From an uncultured archaeon (GTDB taxonomy: Archaea > Asgardarchaeota > Lokiarchaeia > Sigyniarchaeales > SOKP01), in NCBI GenBank assembly GCA_964486045.1, contig CAZALK010000003.1, positions 241,879 through 305,878 on the forward strand: a DNA stretch of 64,000 bases. Direction: 5' to 3'. This document shows, in pieces, positions 30,770 through 41,479 of this stretch; position 1 is the first letter of the stretch, and every line of letters starts with the position of its first letter. The translations under genes were made by a program, and so were the position numbers. The notes beneath the pieces are model-generated. The model was not told the DNA's origin. It did not search any database and saw nothing but the letters and a program-made list of their open reading frames with translations.

Positions 30770-31503
30770 CTTATTGGATCAACTCCTTCCATTAATTTAA
30801 CAATAAAGTCTTCGATTTTTATAACCGGTTTCTTAATATTATTTTCTTCTTTTATCCTTTTTAACGCTGTATAGCAAAATGGACATCCGGTAAGTAGGGC
30901 CTTCCCTTTATTCATATTATCAAATATTGATTTAGCGTTATAGTCACTATTTTCTTTAAACACTGAATAAACCCCCCCACCAGCTCCGCAGCAGATACTT
31001 TTTGTTTTATTAAAATCCATTTCAACTAATTCGACGTTTTCAATAGAATTCAGTATAGTTCGCGGTTCATCTATAATTGGAATTGAAGGATTTCGTAAGT
31101 GACAAGCATCATGGTAATTTACCTTAATAGGATTTCCTAGATTTTTTAAATTTAGTTTTTCTAAATTTGAAGGCTCAGCTATAAATTGTAGTAAGTGTTG
31201 TACGTTAACAGAAAAATCAGACCCTGCAAATTCTTTATAATATCGGGTGAAATAAGTATAGCATCCAGCACAAATTGTGACAAGATCAGTTACATTATTT
31301 GTTTTAAACCAACCATTGACAAACTCAACATGTTCTTCCATAGTTTCATCCGGAGTTATATGATACGCTAATGAGCCACAACATGGGGCATCCTCTATTT
31401 CTTTATACTCATCATCTAAAAATTGGATTAGTTTAAGAGCATTTTTGCATGTCGATTCATACTGCCTTTTGCTCAGACACCCAAAAAAAATAAGTTTCGT
31501 CAT
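30766..31503 (-). CDS. CCG-domain Fe-S oxidoreductase (LutA/HdrB-like)
   Basis: CCG, CAGC, YHDAC, CCGAGGG, CPFC; overlaps the lutB-like start by 4 bp. Confidence 0.88.
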   Translation of the reverse strand: MTKLIFFGCLSKRQYESTCKNALKLIQFLDDEYKEIEDAPCCGSLAYHITPDETMEEHVEFVNGWFKTNNVTDLVTICAGCYTYFTRYYKEFAGSDFSVNVQHLLQFIAEPSNLEKLNLKNLGNPIKVNYHDACHLRNPSIPIIDEPRTILNSIENVELVEMDFNKTKSICCGAGGGVYSVFKENSDYNAKSIFDNMNKGKALLTGCPFCYTALKRIKEENNIKKPVIKIEDFIVKLMEGVDPIS

Positions 31504-31963
31504 GATTAATTATATTTTTTTATATATATTAATCTTAAATTACTAGGAGAAAATTAAAATGCAATCCTTTTTTTAACCGATACAGATTTTATAAGCAAAA
31601 TGCTACATATTTAATACATCGCGAAGGAGAGCAAGATATTCCGAAAGATCCTCAAGAACAAGGAATGAGGTTTCTTAAAGAAAGGGGGATTAATCCTATG
31701 GAAGCTTTTACTAAAAATATGTTAAAATAAAAGATGTATAGAAATAATCCTTTTTTTTATATGAATAAAAAGTGTTGATATACTACCATTCAATTTCCTT
31801 TCTCCTTAAGAATATTTAGTAAAAACACAAATTAATAGTTTCATTTTTTTTTTTCATAGAATCTCTAAAAATTAATATAATTACAAACTCTTATCTAATT
31901 TGAGATTAAACACATTATTAGTTATTTCATAGTAATCTTAAATAAATTGATGGTACGAATTTT

Positions 31964-33619
31964 ATGTCAGAATTTGATAAAATAAGAGAAGATATGGAAG
32001 AGTGGCAAACCACCTTTCCAAATAATAAAGAAAGGCAAATTAGTTTCAGAAACCTTTCAGATATAGAAATTAAGCGTCTTTATACACCTAATGATGTAAA
32101 ACAATTAAATTATGGATTGGATTTAGGGTTTCCAGGACAATTTCCTTTTACAAGAGGAGCATATCCTAATATGTTTAGAGGTCAATTATGGACAATGAGA
32201 CAATTTGCCGGTTTTGGAACTGCTGAACAAACTAATAATCGTTATAAATTCTTAATTAAGCATGGTCAAACCGGATTAAGTGTTGCTTTTAGTCTACATA
32301 CTATTTATGGTATAGAAGCAACAGATCAAAGAGCTTTAGGAGAGATTGGAAAAGAAGGCGTTGCAATTGATACTTTGAAGGATATGGAAACTCTTTTTGA
32401 TGGAATTGATCTTTCAAAAATTAGTACATCGATGACAATAAATGCCCCGGCCTCAATATTATTAGCAATGTACATAGTAACTGCAGAAAAACAAGGACAT
32501 GGAGCTGAAAAATTGAGAGGAACTATACAAAATGATATTTTAAAAGAATATGTAGCCCAAAAATCTTGGGTATTCCCACCAGAACCATCAATGCGCTTAA
32601 TAGTTGATACTATTGAATATTGTACTAAACATGTACCACAATGGTATACAATCAGCATCAGTGGATATCATATCAGAGAGGCAGGATCAACTGCCGTCCA
32701 AGAATTAGCATTCACACTAGCTGATGGGTTTGCTTATGTTGAAGCTGCTCTTGAGAGAGGTTTAGACATTGATGATTTTGCTCCTCGATTATCTTTCTTC
32801 TTTAATTCACATAATAATTTCTTTGAAGAAGCATGCAAGTATCGAGCAGCTCGGAGAATATGGGCTAAACATATGAAAAATAAGTATGGTGCAAAAAAAC
32901 CTGAATCTATGCGGTTGAGATTCCATACTCAAACAGCAGGAGTTTCTTTAACTGCTCAAGAACCAGAAAATAATATTGTAAGAACCACAATTCAAGGCTT
33001 AGCAGCAGTTTTAGGTGGTACTCAATCATTGCATACAAATTCTTTTGATGAGGCCTTATGCTTACCAACTGAAAAAGCTGTTAAAATAGCATTAAGAACT
33101 CAACAGATTATCGCTTATGAATCAGGAGTTACAGATACAGTTGATCCTTTAGCTGGTTCATATTATGTAGAATGGCTTACAAATAAAATGGAAGAAGAAG
33201 CTGAGAGTTATTTTAAACAAATAGAGGAATTAGGTGGTGTTATTCCTGCGATAAAAGCAAATTTCCTACAAAAGGAAGTTGCGAATGCTTCCTATAAGTT
33301 TCAACAAGAAGTTGAAAATGCCGACCGAATAATAGTGGCCGTAAATCAATTTCAGCAAAAAGAACAGAATGTTGTGCCATTATTAAAAATTGATGATGAA
33401 GTTGCAGAAAACCAAGTTAAAGACCTATTGAGAATAAAGGAAGAACGAGATAATATTAAAATAAAGGAAAAATTGGAAAGGATAAAACAAGCCGCGAAAG
33501 GTACGGAAAATTTAATGCCTTTAATCATGGATGCGATTAGAGTTTATGCGTCTATAGGAGAAATAATAAATTCATTAAAAGAAGTATTTGGAACATATGA
33601 GGAGGATTCAATTTTTTAA
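31964..33619 (+). CDS. B12-dependent acyl-CoA mutase large subunit with isobutyryl-CoA-mutase-like signature
   Basis: PGQFPFTRG, WTMRQFAGFG, QNDILKEYVAQ, SISGYHIREAG, HTQT, QSLHTNSFDEA. Confidence 0.93.
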   Translation: MSEFDKIREDMEEWQTTFPNNKERQISFRNLSDIEIKRLYTPNDVKQLNYGLDLGFPGQFPFTRGAYPNMFRGQLWTMRQFAGFGTAEQTNNRYKFLIKHGQTGLSVAFSLHTIYGIEATDQRALGEIGKEGVAIDTLKDMETLFDGIDLSKISTSMTINAPASILLAMYIVTAEKQGHGAEKLRGTIQNDILKEYVAQKSWVFPPEPSMRLIVDTIEYCTKHVPQWYTISISGYHIREAGSTAVQELAFTLADGFAYVEAALERGLDIDDFAPRLSFFFNSHNNFFEEACKYRAARRIWAKHMKNKYGAKKPESMRLRFHTQTAGVSLTAQEPENNIVRTTIQGLAAVLGGTQSLHTNSFDEALCLPTEKAVKIALRTQQIIAYESGVTDTVDPLAGSYYVEWLTNKMEEEAESYFKQIEELGGVIPAIKANFLQKEVANASYKFQQEVENADRIIVAVNQFQQKEQNVVPLLKIDDEVAENQVKDLLRIKEERDNIKIKEKLERIKQAAKGTENLMPLIMDAIRVYASIGEIINSLKEVFGTYEEDSIF

Positions 33620-33633
33620 AATGGTGAAATTAT

Positions 33634-34035
33634 ATGTCAGAAGAGAGAAAAATTAAAGTACTCGTTTGTAAACCAGGATTAGATGGTCATGATAGAGGAG
33701 CTAAAGTTATAGCAAGAGCTCTAAGAGATGCCGGAATGGAAGTAATTTACACGGGTATACATCAGACACCTGATGATATTGTAAATACCGTTATCCAAGA
33801 GGATCCTGATGCCGTAATGTTAAGTATTTTATCAGGTGCACATAATGCTCTCTGCCCTGTAATCATGAAAAAATTAAAAGAACAGGATATTGATGATGTC
33901 CTCGTTGCTGTAGGAGGAATTATCCCTGATGAAGATAAACCCTTATTGGAAAAACAAGGTTTGAAAGGTTTTTACGGTCCGGGAACTAATCTGAAAACAA
34001 TAGTGGAATTTGTGAAAAACAATTTAAAAAGATAA
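33634..34035 (+). CDS. Acyl-CoA mutase cobalamin-binding small subunit
   Basis: KPGLDGHDRG, SILSGAH, GGIIP. Confidence 0.95.
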   Translation: MSEERKIKVLVCKPGLDGHDRGAKVIARALRDAGMEVIYTGIHQTPDDIVNTVIQEDPDAVMLSILSGAHNALCPVIMKKLKEQDIDDVLVAVGGIIPDEDKPLLEKQGLKGFYGPGTNLKTIVEFVKNNLKR

Positions 34036-34042
34036 TATTAAT

Positions 34043-35038
34043 ATGGATTACTCCGATTTAACCGAAAACCTATTAAAAGGCAATACTCGGGCTGCTGCTA
34101 GACTAATAACTGTAGTAGAAAATGATATCGTTGCTGCTGAAGAAATTATTAACTCAATTTACAAACACACAGGTAAAGCATATATCATAGGTATAACAGG
34201 AGCACCTGGAACAGGTAAATCTACTTTTATTTCAACATTAATTAAGAATTATGTTGACCAAAATAAAAAGGTTGGAATAATTTGTGTGGATCCAACTTCT
34301 CCGTTAACAGGGGGAGCTCTTTTAGGAGATAGAATTCGTATGAAACAACATTTTTCACTAAATAATGTCTTTATTAGAAGCATGGCAAATCGTGGGCAAC
34401 TTGGTGGTTTAGCAAGAGCAACTGAGGATACGATTAAAATTTTGGATGTGTATGGGTGTGATATAATAATTGTTGAAACGGTTGGAGTTGGACAATCTGA
34501 AGTTGATATCTTTAAGTCCGCCCATACTGTTATCGTGCTTTTAGTTCCAGGGTTAGGTGATGAAATTCAAGCTATTAAGGCAGGAATAATGGAAATTACG
34601 GATATTTTTGTCGTAAATAAGATGGATTTACCAGGATCAGATAAGAAGGTAGCGGATATTATGCAAATGCTGAGATTCAAAAAAAGTTATAAGTATGAAT
34701 CTGAAAGTGTAAGGAAAAAATTTGCGAAAATAAATCAATGGACACCAGAAATCACTAAAGTGAATTCAAAAACAGGAGAAAATTTTGATGCCCTCTTCGG
34801 ACTTATAAAGAATCATAAACTCTTTTTAGAAGAATCTGGAGTAATGGCAAATTACATGGAAAACAGAATTAAAAGTGAAACTGTTCAAATTTTAAAACAT
34901 AAGCTCACCAAGAAAGTTGAAGAATTACTTAATACTGATACAGAAATAGGAAAATATATTGGCCAAACAATTCAAAAATCCTTAGATCCTTATTCTATGG
35001 CAAATTTAATAATAAAAATGTTAGGGCTTGAAAAATAG
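34043..35038 (+). CDS. meaB: Mutase-associated GTPase chaperone MeaB/ArgK
   Basis: GITGAPGTGKST, DPTSP..GGALLGDRIRM, ETVGVGQSE, NKMD. Confidence 0.93.
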   Translation: MDYSDLTENLLKGNTRAAARLITVVENDIVAAEEIINSIYKHTGKAYIIGITGAPGTGKSTFISTLIKNYVDQNKKVGIICVDPTSPLTGGALLGDRIRMKQHFSLNNVFIRSMANRGQLGGLARATEDTIKILDVYGCDIIIVETVGVGQSEVDIFKSAHTVIVLLVPGLGDEIQAIKAGIMEITDIFVVNKMDLPGSDKKVADIMQMLRFKKSYKYESESVRKKFAKINQWTPEITKVNSKTGENFDALFGLIKNHKLFLEESGVMANYMENRIKSETVQILKHKLTKKVEELLNTDTEIGKYIGQTIQKSLDPYSMANLIIKMLGLEK

Positions 35039-35239
35039 TCAAAATTACAATTCTAAAAATTTTGGCTCTCAAATTTAAAAAAAAAATTTATATTTTATTC
35101 AATTTTCTAATTTTAGTTGATAGATTAAATTCATTTCCTTTAAATATAAACCAAATTAATAATAAAATTACTAAAGTCTTAATTAAAATAAAAAAAATTC
35201 TTTTGTAAACTATTTTCCATATTTTTACCTTAAATTCTA

Positions 35240-35655
35240 TTATTTAACAATTGGAAGAGTAAAGTAAAATGAAGATCCTTGATCTTTTCCTCCTGATTCC
35301 ATCCAAATTTTCCCACCATGTGACTCCACAATTCTTTTTGAAATATAGAGCCCTAACCCAGTGCCATCAATTCCTAAATCAAGCCCTTGCCCATAACGTT
35401 CGATTTTTCCGAATTGTTTAAAGATTTTCTTTTTCTGCTCATCAACAAAGCCAATTCCATTGTCTTTTACCGAAATAACTGCAAATTTTTCTTTTAATTC
35501 AGTTTTTATTTCAATTTTACCCATTGGTGGGGTATATTTAATAGCATTAGTTAATAAATTTGAAAGTACATCGTGAATCTCCTCTTTTTCAGCATTTACG
35601 TACAAATTATTATGAATATCTACTTCAATAGATTAATTTCTTCCTTCTGCTAAGG
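35240..35655 (-). pseudogene. Histidine kinase HATPase fragment
   Basis: NLLTNAIKY, DNGIG, GTGLGL present; no HisKA or sensor; in-frame stop upstream (LAEGRN*SIEVDI). Confidence 0.75.
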
Positions 35656-35863
35656 ATATATTTCATGCTCAATTTAGTGTACTGATCAGTCAAATTTTTA
35701 TATAAAATTATTATGTTTTATTTTAGAATAAGAGTTTTGAATATTTTGTCTCCAGACTATAGAAATTTCCAAAATATAAATATTAACATGGTTAATAATA
35801 ATAGTAATAACAATAGAATTAATTGAAAAAAACAAAATTAAAATTGATTAGAAGGGCTTAATT

Positions 35864-37702
35864 ATGATAACAGATAGAATCTTATTAACAACACCGTGTT
35901 ACCCATACCCTACCCTTCCTGCTAACGACAGTTTAACGGATGCTACGGGTCAGCGCTTTACTCATGGAGATGATATTTTTACTATAGTCTCTCATACACA
36001 TTGCTATGCTAATCATATTCTGGCGCAAAATATTAATATTCCCTCAACTCTGCTTGAATATCCTAGATGGAATAATTTTACTGAAGAAGTAGATAAAGGT
36101 TATGCTATAATCGGTATTAGTTCTTTTCCCGTGCATCTTGATACGGTATTAAAAATGTGTAAATATATCCGAGAAAAATTTCCGGAAACAAAAATTCTTT
36201 TAGGAAGTTATGGGGCTCAGGCATTTGATGCACAATATGACGAAGAAACCAAAAAGGAATATGTAGATCATGTAGTACTAGGGGAAGGTGTAGAATTTCT
36301 TCGTGAATTTCTAGGAGAAAGCACAGATCGACCTATTTCACAAAAAGTAATGCCCAAATGTGGGGGCGCCCCAGCTTTTATCAATGAATACCCTAGGGGT
36401 GGCCTGGGATTTCTAGTCACAGGATTAGGTTGCCCCGGTGGCTGTGATTTTTGTTCTACCACTGAAATGTTCAATCACAAAAGGATTGAGATACTTTCAC
36501 CAGAAGAATTTGTTAATCATGTAGAATTGTATCGTAAACACTCTCCGGGTTTGTCATCAATCTTTGTAATCGAAGAAGATCATTTCCGCCATCCCCGATG
36601 GCTTACTAAAACCAGAGAAAAATGGCAAGAAAACAAAGATCTAGTAGAAAATGTTGATTGGACTGGTTTTGGTTCAGTAGATTTTATATGGCATTATGCT
36701 AGTAATTATGGGTGGGATGCCATTCCTGAAACGGGGATGGGTTCAGTTTTTATCGGTGTTGAATCTAAATTTGCTGGTGACCATGGTTACAAAAAAGTTA
36801 AAGAAGCCGATGCTCGAGAGATTTTTCACAAGCTTCATTCAATGGGAATTCGTACACTCGGTGCATGGATATGTGGTTGGGATTATCATAGCCATGCAAA
36901 TATGTATGAAGATCTTAACTATTTTGTCGCTTGTAAACCTACTTATGAACAACTTACTCGCTTATCTCCGTTCCCAGGCACAGAATTATGGCGTAAACTT
37001 AAGGATCAGGGAAGAGTTAGTGAAGTACCGTGGGAAGATGTACATTTCTGGAGTGGTGCACAAAAAAACATTAATTTAGAAACTCATGAAACACTGAATC
37101 TAACAGAATATGGGTATGATTTGCTATATAAAACGTGGGGACCATCAATTCTTAGAAGAATGGAAGTAACTCTTAACGGATATGAATTTTGTATGAATTC
37201 TGACAATCCTATGATGCAAGAAACGAGATCCAAATTATTCAAAGGGAGTTGTGTGACATCATGGGAAATGTTAGGTGCAATGTCTAGATTTGCGCCTAAT
37301 GGCGTTGTGAGACGAAGAGTTCATAAAGCAGACGAAAGGTTTAGGGATCTTGTAGGTGAACCTACTCCGATGATGGAAAAGCTTAGTAAAAGCATAGAAC
37401 AACGGGCTGTGAAATTCAAGAAGAAGCATATGTTTGAACCATATAATCGTTATCCAAGAGAAGAACCCGCTAAACGATATCTCTACAATAAAGATAGTTC
37501 TATAAAAGATGATGATATTCCGTACATAACAGAGTATCCAAACAAAATTCCAAGAAAATTCAAGAGAGCCGTGAGGATGAATAATTTCAAATACAAATTA
37601 TTAAGCAAATTTCTAAGTGCTAGATACAAAGTTAAATCGAATAAACACATAAACGAATTAGATAGTATTCTTTTAAGTGGCAAAGGTTTCGGGGGATTTT
37701 AA
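35864..37702 (+). CDS. Cobalamin-binding-domain radical SAM protein
   Basis: N-terminal IGISS...ILLG...GEG region, GCPGGCDFC, FIGVES, PFPGTELW. Confidence 0.88.
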   Translation: MITDRILLTTPCYPYPTLPANDSLTDATGQRFTHGDDIFTIVSHTHCYANHILAQNINIPSTLLEYPRWNNFTEEVDKGYAIIGISSFPVHLDTVLKMCKYIREKFPETKILLGSYGAQAFDAQYDEETKKEYVDHVVLGEGVEFLREFLGESTDRPISQKVMPKCGGAPAFINEYPRGGLGFLVTGLGCPGGCDFCSTTEMFNHKRIEILSPEEFVNHVELYRKHSPGLSSIFVIEEDHFRHPRWLTKTREKWQENKDLVENVDWTGFGSVDFIWHYASNYGWDAIPETGMGSVFIGVESKFAGDHGYKKVKEADAREIFHKLHSMGIRTLGAWICGWDYHSHANMYEDLNYFVACKPTYEQLTRLSPFPGTELWRKLKDQGRVSEVPWEDVHFWSGAQKNINLETHETLNLTEYGYDLLYKTWGPSILRRMEVTLNGYEFCMNSDNPMMQETRSKLFKGSCVTSWEMLGAMSRFAPNGVVRRRVHKADERFRDLVGEPTPMMEKLSKSIEQRAVKFKKKHMFEPYNRYPREEPAKRYLYNKDSSIKDDDIPYITEYPNKIPRKFKRAVRMNNFKYKLLSKFLSARYKVKSNKHINELDSILLSGKGFGGF

Positions 37703-37731
37703 AATATATCTCAATAAGGGGATCATCGGTA

Positions 37732-38829
37732 ATGGATATAACTTTAAAATCTAATTCAAAATCAATCCCCAGCAATTCACCAGTTAGTACTGTTCCGTCA
37801 GACTATTTTCCTCCGGAGTGCGGATTCTGGTATGAGTTATCAGATGGAATTGATGCAGGTAAAAAGCTGTTCTACAGAGATAGCAATCATGGGGAAGGCG
37901 CTCCTGAGGCTACAATAGTTTTTGTTCATGGTAATCCTGAATCTTCATATACTTATAGAAAAGTAATTGAACGTCTGATAAGCACTGCTACAAAACCTTT
38001 CAGAATTGTAGCGATGGATCACATTGGGTTTGGTTTATCTGATCAAGCTACATTTGAAATGGTTAGTATGGATCACGCAGATAATCTATTTCAGTTAATA
38101 AAGCATCTTGATTTGAAGAGGGTGACACTTATAATACATGATTGGGGGGGTCCAATTGGTATTGGGGCTTTCTTAAAGGTCTCAGATCTGGTATCTAATC
38201 TTGTCATATTAAATAGTACAGTATTTCCTTTTCCAAAATCAGGGATGACGTATGAGAACTATCCAATAAAGCAATTTTCCTGGGCAAACACTCCAAATGT
38301 TATTCCAAACAATTTATGGGGGGCATTTGCTTCATTTGCGATTTTTTATAATCCGGAGGATCCACAAGATTTATTAACAAGATTACCTAGTATGCTTAAA
38401 GTAGCGATGGAAACCGGAAGTTTTTCAGAAAATGAAACCCCAACACAAAAATTCTTTAGGGCTCAGTTCCAATCAGAAAAGAATACGTTGAGTTCAAAAC
38501 GTCTAGTACTTCAAACAAAATCATGGGGTCATGGAAATATCTATAAAGAACCTCTTCTTGGTGAACGAGATACAACTTCCTTTTATCGCTCTATTCAAAA
38601 TAATATCGCTAAGCTCTGGGGGCCAGATGGTCAAAATATTGGAGTTCGAGCTGTAATTGGGAAATGGGATCCATCAGCAAAAGATGAGGTCATGCAACAA
38701 TGGAGTAAGCACCTTCCCCAACTTAAAGGTCGTATTGAAATATTTGAAGATGCTGGACACTTTATAGAAGAAATTAAACCAGAAGCCATAGCAAATGCGA
38801 TAAGTGATGTAGCTAACCTAACTAGATAA
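37732..38829 (+). CDS. Alpha/beta hydrolase, haloalkane dehalogenase/OleB-like
   Basis: HGNPESS, DHIGFGLSD, HDWGG (Asp nucleophile), AGHFIEE. Confidence 0.85.
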   Translation: MDITLKSNSKSIPSNSPVSTVPSDYFPPECGFWYELSDGIDAGKKLFYRDSNHGEGAPEATIVFVHGNPESSYTYRKVIERLISTATKPFRIVAMDHIGFGLSDQATFEMVSMDHADNLFQLIKHLDLKRVTLIIHDWGGPIGIGAFLKVSDLVSNLVILNSTVFPFPKSGMTYENYPIKQFSWANTPNVIPNNLWGAFASFAIFYNPEDPQDLLTRLPSMLKVAMETGSFSENETPTQKFFRAQFQSEKNTLSSKRLVLQTKSWGHGNIYKEPLLGERDTTSFYRSIQNNIAKLWGPDGQNIGVRAVIGKWDPSAKDEVMQQWSKHLPQLKGRIEIFEDAGHFIEEIKPEAIANAISDVANLTR

Positions 38830-38963
38830 AAAAAAAAATTTAAACATTTTAATTTTTAACGATTTAAATGGTTCTACCTTATTTTAGAGGGCATGTAGAT
38901 TGAAAAAATTTAATACTTCCTAATATTATTAATTCTATTAATACTCGATAATAAAGTGATGTC

Positions 38964-40460
38964 ATGGCTTTATCTCCTGAAAAGATCTATGAAGATTTAA
39001 AAAGAAATACCATTGATAAATCATCAGCTGTAGATTTATTAATTTTTTTAATAGGAAATGATAGTAGTTTTGAAATCAAGCTCGAGAGTATTAAAACTTT
39101 ACAAAAAATAAAAGTTTCAAACGAAAGAGTTTTTTCAGTATTAGAGGATTTGCTTGTTTCTGATTTTAGTGAGGAAGTAAGAGAATTAGCGGCTTATAGC
39201 TTAAAGGAATTGTTTCAGGAGAAAGCCTTGTCCCCTCTAAAATGGGCTCTGGAACATGAAAATTCTTTTCAAGTTTTAATGTCAATTATCTCTATTATAA
39301 AAAAAATAAATACTCATAACGCAAAATCAATTTTCATTGATAAAGTTGAGAAATTTGATATTGATAAATTTAGTAACAGCCTTAGAGCTTTCAATATTAA
39401 GAAAGAAATTCAAAGTTTTCAAACTGATGAGTTAGCAAAAATCATCAAAAACTATGCAGTCATTAAACATTTTAAAGAAATTTTAAAAGATGTAAATTAT
39501 CAAATAGAAAAAGGTCTAGTGGGGGAATTAAATCTATCATTTGCAAGTAATGATATAAATGGATGGAAAATTTTAAATCATTTATCTCACTTCTTAAAAA
39601 TCTTAGAAGATCTTAAAAAATTAGAATTAAGGAGTAATCGAATTGGGAAATTTCCAATTTCTATCTCTACTTTATATTCTCTACAATATTTGGATTTAAG
39701 TCACAATAGTATAGATAAAATCCCTGATAGTATTCAATCATTAAAGTCTTTAGAATATTTAAATTTAGAATACAACAACCTAACAGAGATTCCGAGATTA
39801 ATTAACTCATTAACTAAATTAAATACACTAAATCTGAAACATAACAAATTATCAAATCTGCCCTCTACAATTGGGGAAATAACGTCTCTTGAAGAAATTA
39901 ATTTGCACGGAAATCAATTTAACGAGATTCCGTCTTCCCTCGAAAACCTTTCCTCACTTATTAGCCTTAAGCTAGGGTTGAATAGTTTAGAATCTGTACC
40001 AAAATGGATTAAAAATCTCCATTCTCTTAAAGTTTTAGAATTAGGGGGAAACAAATCATTACCAAATATAAATGAATGGTTTGATTTTATACCTCTTGTG
40101 AAAGAGTTGAATTTATATAATGATGAAATAAGAGAATTACCAGAATCAATAGGATCATTAAACTCTTTACAGGTCTTAATAATGCCCAATAATAAAATAA
40201 CAAAGCTACCAGATTCATTTAAAGAATTAACTTCCCTCAAAAAAGTAGATTTAAGCTGGAATGATATCACTCATGTCCCTGAATGGATTAATTCTCTTAC
40301 ATCACTAGAAGAACTAAATTTACGGGGAAATCAACTTGAATCTCTACCTGAGACGATATGTTTACTTCCCTCATTAAAGATTTTAATAATAACTCAAAAC
40401 AAAAAAATGATACAAATTCCTAAAGACTTAAAAAATAGGGGAATACGAATAGAAAAATAA
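38964..40460 (+). CDS. HEAT + leucine-rich repeat protein
   Basis: N-terminal EVRELAAYSL; about 12 repeats of 23 aa (LxxLxLxxNxLxxLP). Confidence 0.9.
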   Translation: MALSPEKIYEDLKRNTIDKSSAVDLLIFLIGNDSSFEIKLESIKTLQKIKVSNERVFSVLEDLLVSDFSEEVRELAAYSLKELFQEKALSPLKWALEHENSFQVLMSIISIIKKINTHNAKSIFIDKVEKFDIDKFSNSLRAFNIKKEIQSFQTDELAKIIKNYAVIKHFKEILKDVNYQIEKGLVGELNLSFASNDINGWKILNHLSHFLKILEDLKKLELRSNRIGKFPISISTLYSLQYLDLSHNSIDKIPDSIQSLKSLEYLNLEYNNLTEIPRLINSLTKLNTLNLKHNKLSNLPSTIGEITSLEEINLHGNQFNEIPSSLENLSSLISLKLGLNSLESVPKWIKNLHSLKVLELGGNKSLPNINEWFDFIPLVKELNLYNDEIRELPESIGSLNSLQVLIMPNNKITKLPDSFKELTSLKKVDLSWNDITHVPEWINSLTSLEELNLRGNQLESLPETICLLPSLKILIITQNKKMIQIPKDLKNRGIRIEK

Positions 40461-40475
40461 GAAGACAGGTAAAGA

Positions 40476-40856
40476 TTATGATGGGGTAATTTCTATATAG
40501 ATTTGTTTTTCTTTTTCCTCAGCATTTCGATTCTTTAAATGACTCAATAATTTAAACATGCGATATTTTTTTCTAAATAGCAATTTTGTACGCTCAGTTG
40601 CATCAGTTGTTAAAATAAGGGCTTCTCCATCAATATATTCAGTGTCGATCTTTCCTCTCGCATTGGTTGGTGCAATTTGAACATGGGAATTACTTCTAAT
40701 ACGTCTAGCTTTAAAGGTATCTCCTCCCGTACAAGCATAGAATTTTAGTTTCTCTTCTACAAACCAAACCTTACTAGCTACTCCTTCTCCATTCTTACGG
40801 TAGGTTTTTAGGCTAATATACTTACCATCTTGTAGTATTGTTAAAATTTCACTCAT
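40476..40856 (-). CDS. PPOX-class F420-dependent oxidoreductase-like protein
   Basis: YISLKTYRKNG....VWF, KARRIR.N..V.IAP. Confidence 0.85.
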   Translation of the reverse strand: MSEILTILQDGKYISLKTYRKNGEGVASKVWFVEEKLKFYACTGGDTFKARRIRSNSHVQIAPTNARGKIDTEYIDGEALILTTDATERTKLLFRKKYRMFKLLSHLKNRNAEEKEKQIYIEITPS

Positions 40857-40891
40857 AAATCTTCACTTTCTGAATATAAGTTAAAATTACC

Positions 40892-41146
40892 TTACTTTTT
40901 TTTTTTTGGATCAATCCATTCAGAATAAATTTCTACTATTGTTAAAGTCTTATTCTGATGACACTTCTCACACTCTTCATCGGAAAGCTTTTTAAACACG
41001 AAATCACCAGCTTTAAATTTTCGTGAAATGTCAGCTTGACAGGCTCCACATTTAATAATACTATGCTTTTTCTCTACAAATCTCTTCTTTCGATCAAGAA
41101 TTTCTCCTATCGCGGGGATTGCAGGGAATTGGGGCTCATCACTCAT
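40892..41146 (-). CDS. Small archaeal zinc-ribbon protein
   Basis: CGAC...RKFKAGDFVFK...CEKC...IVEIYSE. Confidence 0.75.
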   Translation of the reverse strand: MSDEPQFPAIPAIGEILDRKKRFVEKKHSIIKCGACQADISRKFKAGDFVFKKLSDEECEKCHQNKTLTIVEIYSEWIDPKKKK

Positions 41147-41479
41147 TACTTGTTTACCTCATTTATCTTTTTGAAAACTTGGTCATAGTTATTGTTATTA
41201 CTTTACAAAACAAAACAATCCTAATAACTTTTTAGGTTTGCTTCCATAAATAATTTCAAATACAAACAAGTTGAAGTTTTAATAATTAGATCAACAATTC
41301 TTTTTCCGAAACTATAATCAACGTATCTACTTTAAGCTTATCATTAATATCGTTTGGTTGGTGTAAGTATACATTATACATCTAAAAAAGTAAAAAATAA
41401 AATTGTATAAGCTCAAGAATTAAATATTGTTTCTTCTTATTAAGCTGTAATTTAACTTTTTTAGAAAAGTGGGAAAAAT

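Noticed and set aside
31550-31729. Open stretch ...HREGEQDIPKDPQEQGMRFLKERGINPMEAFTKNMLK*
   Set aside because: Looks like a gene 3' remnant but has no start and no recognisable family
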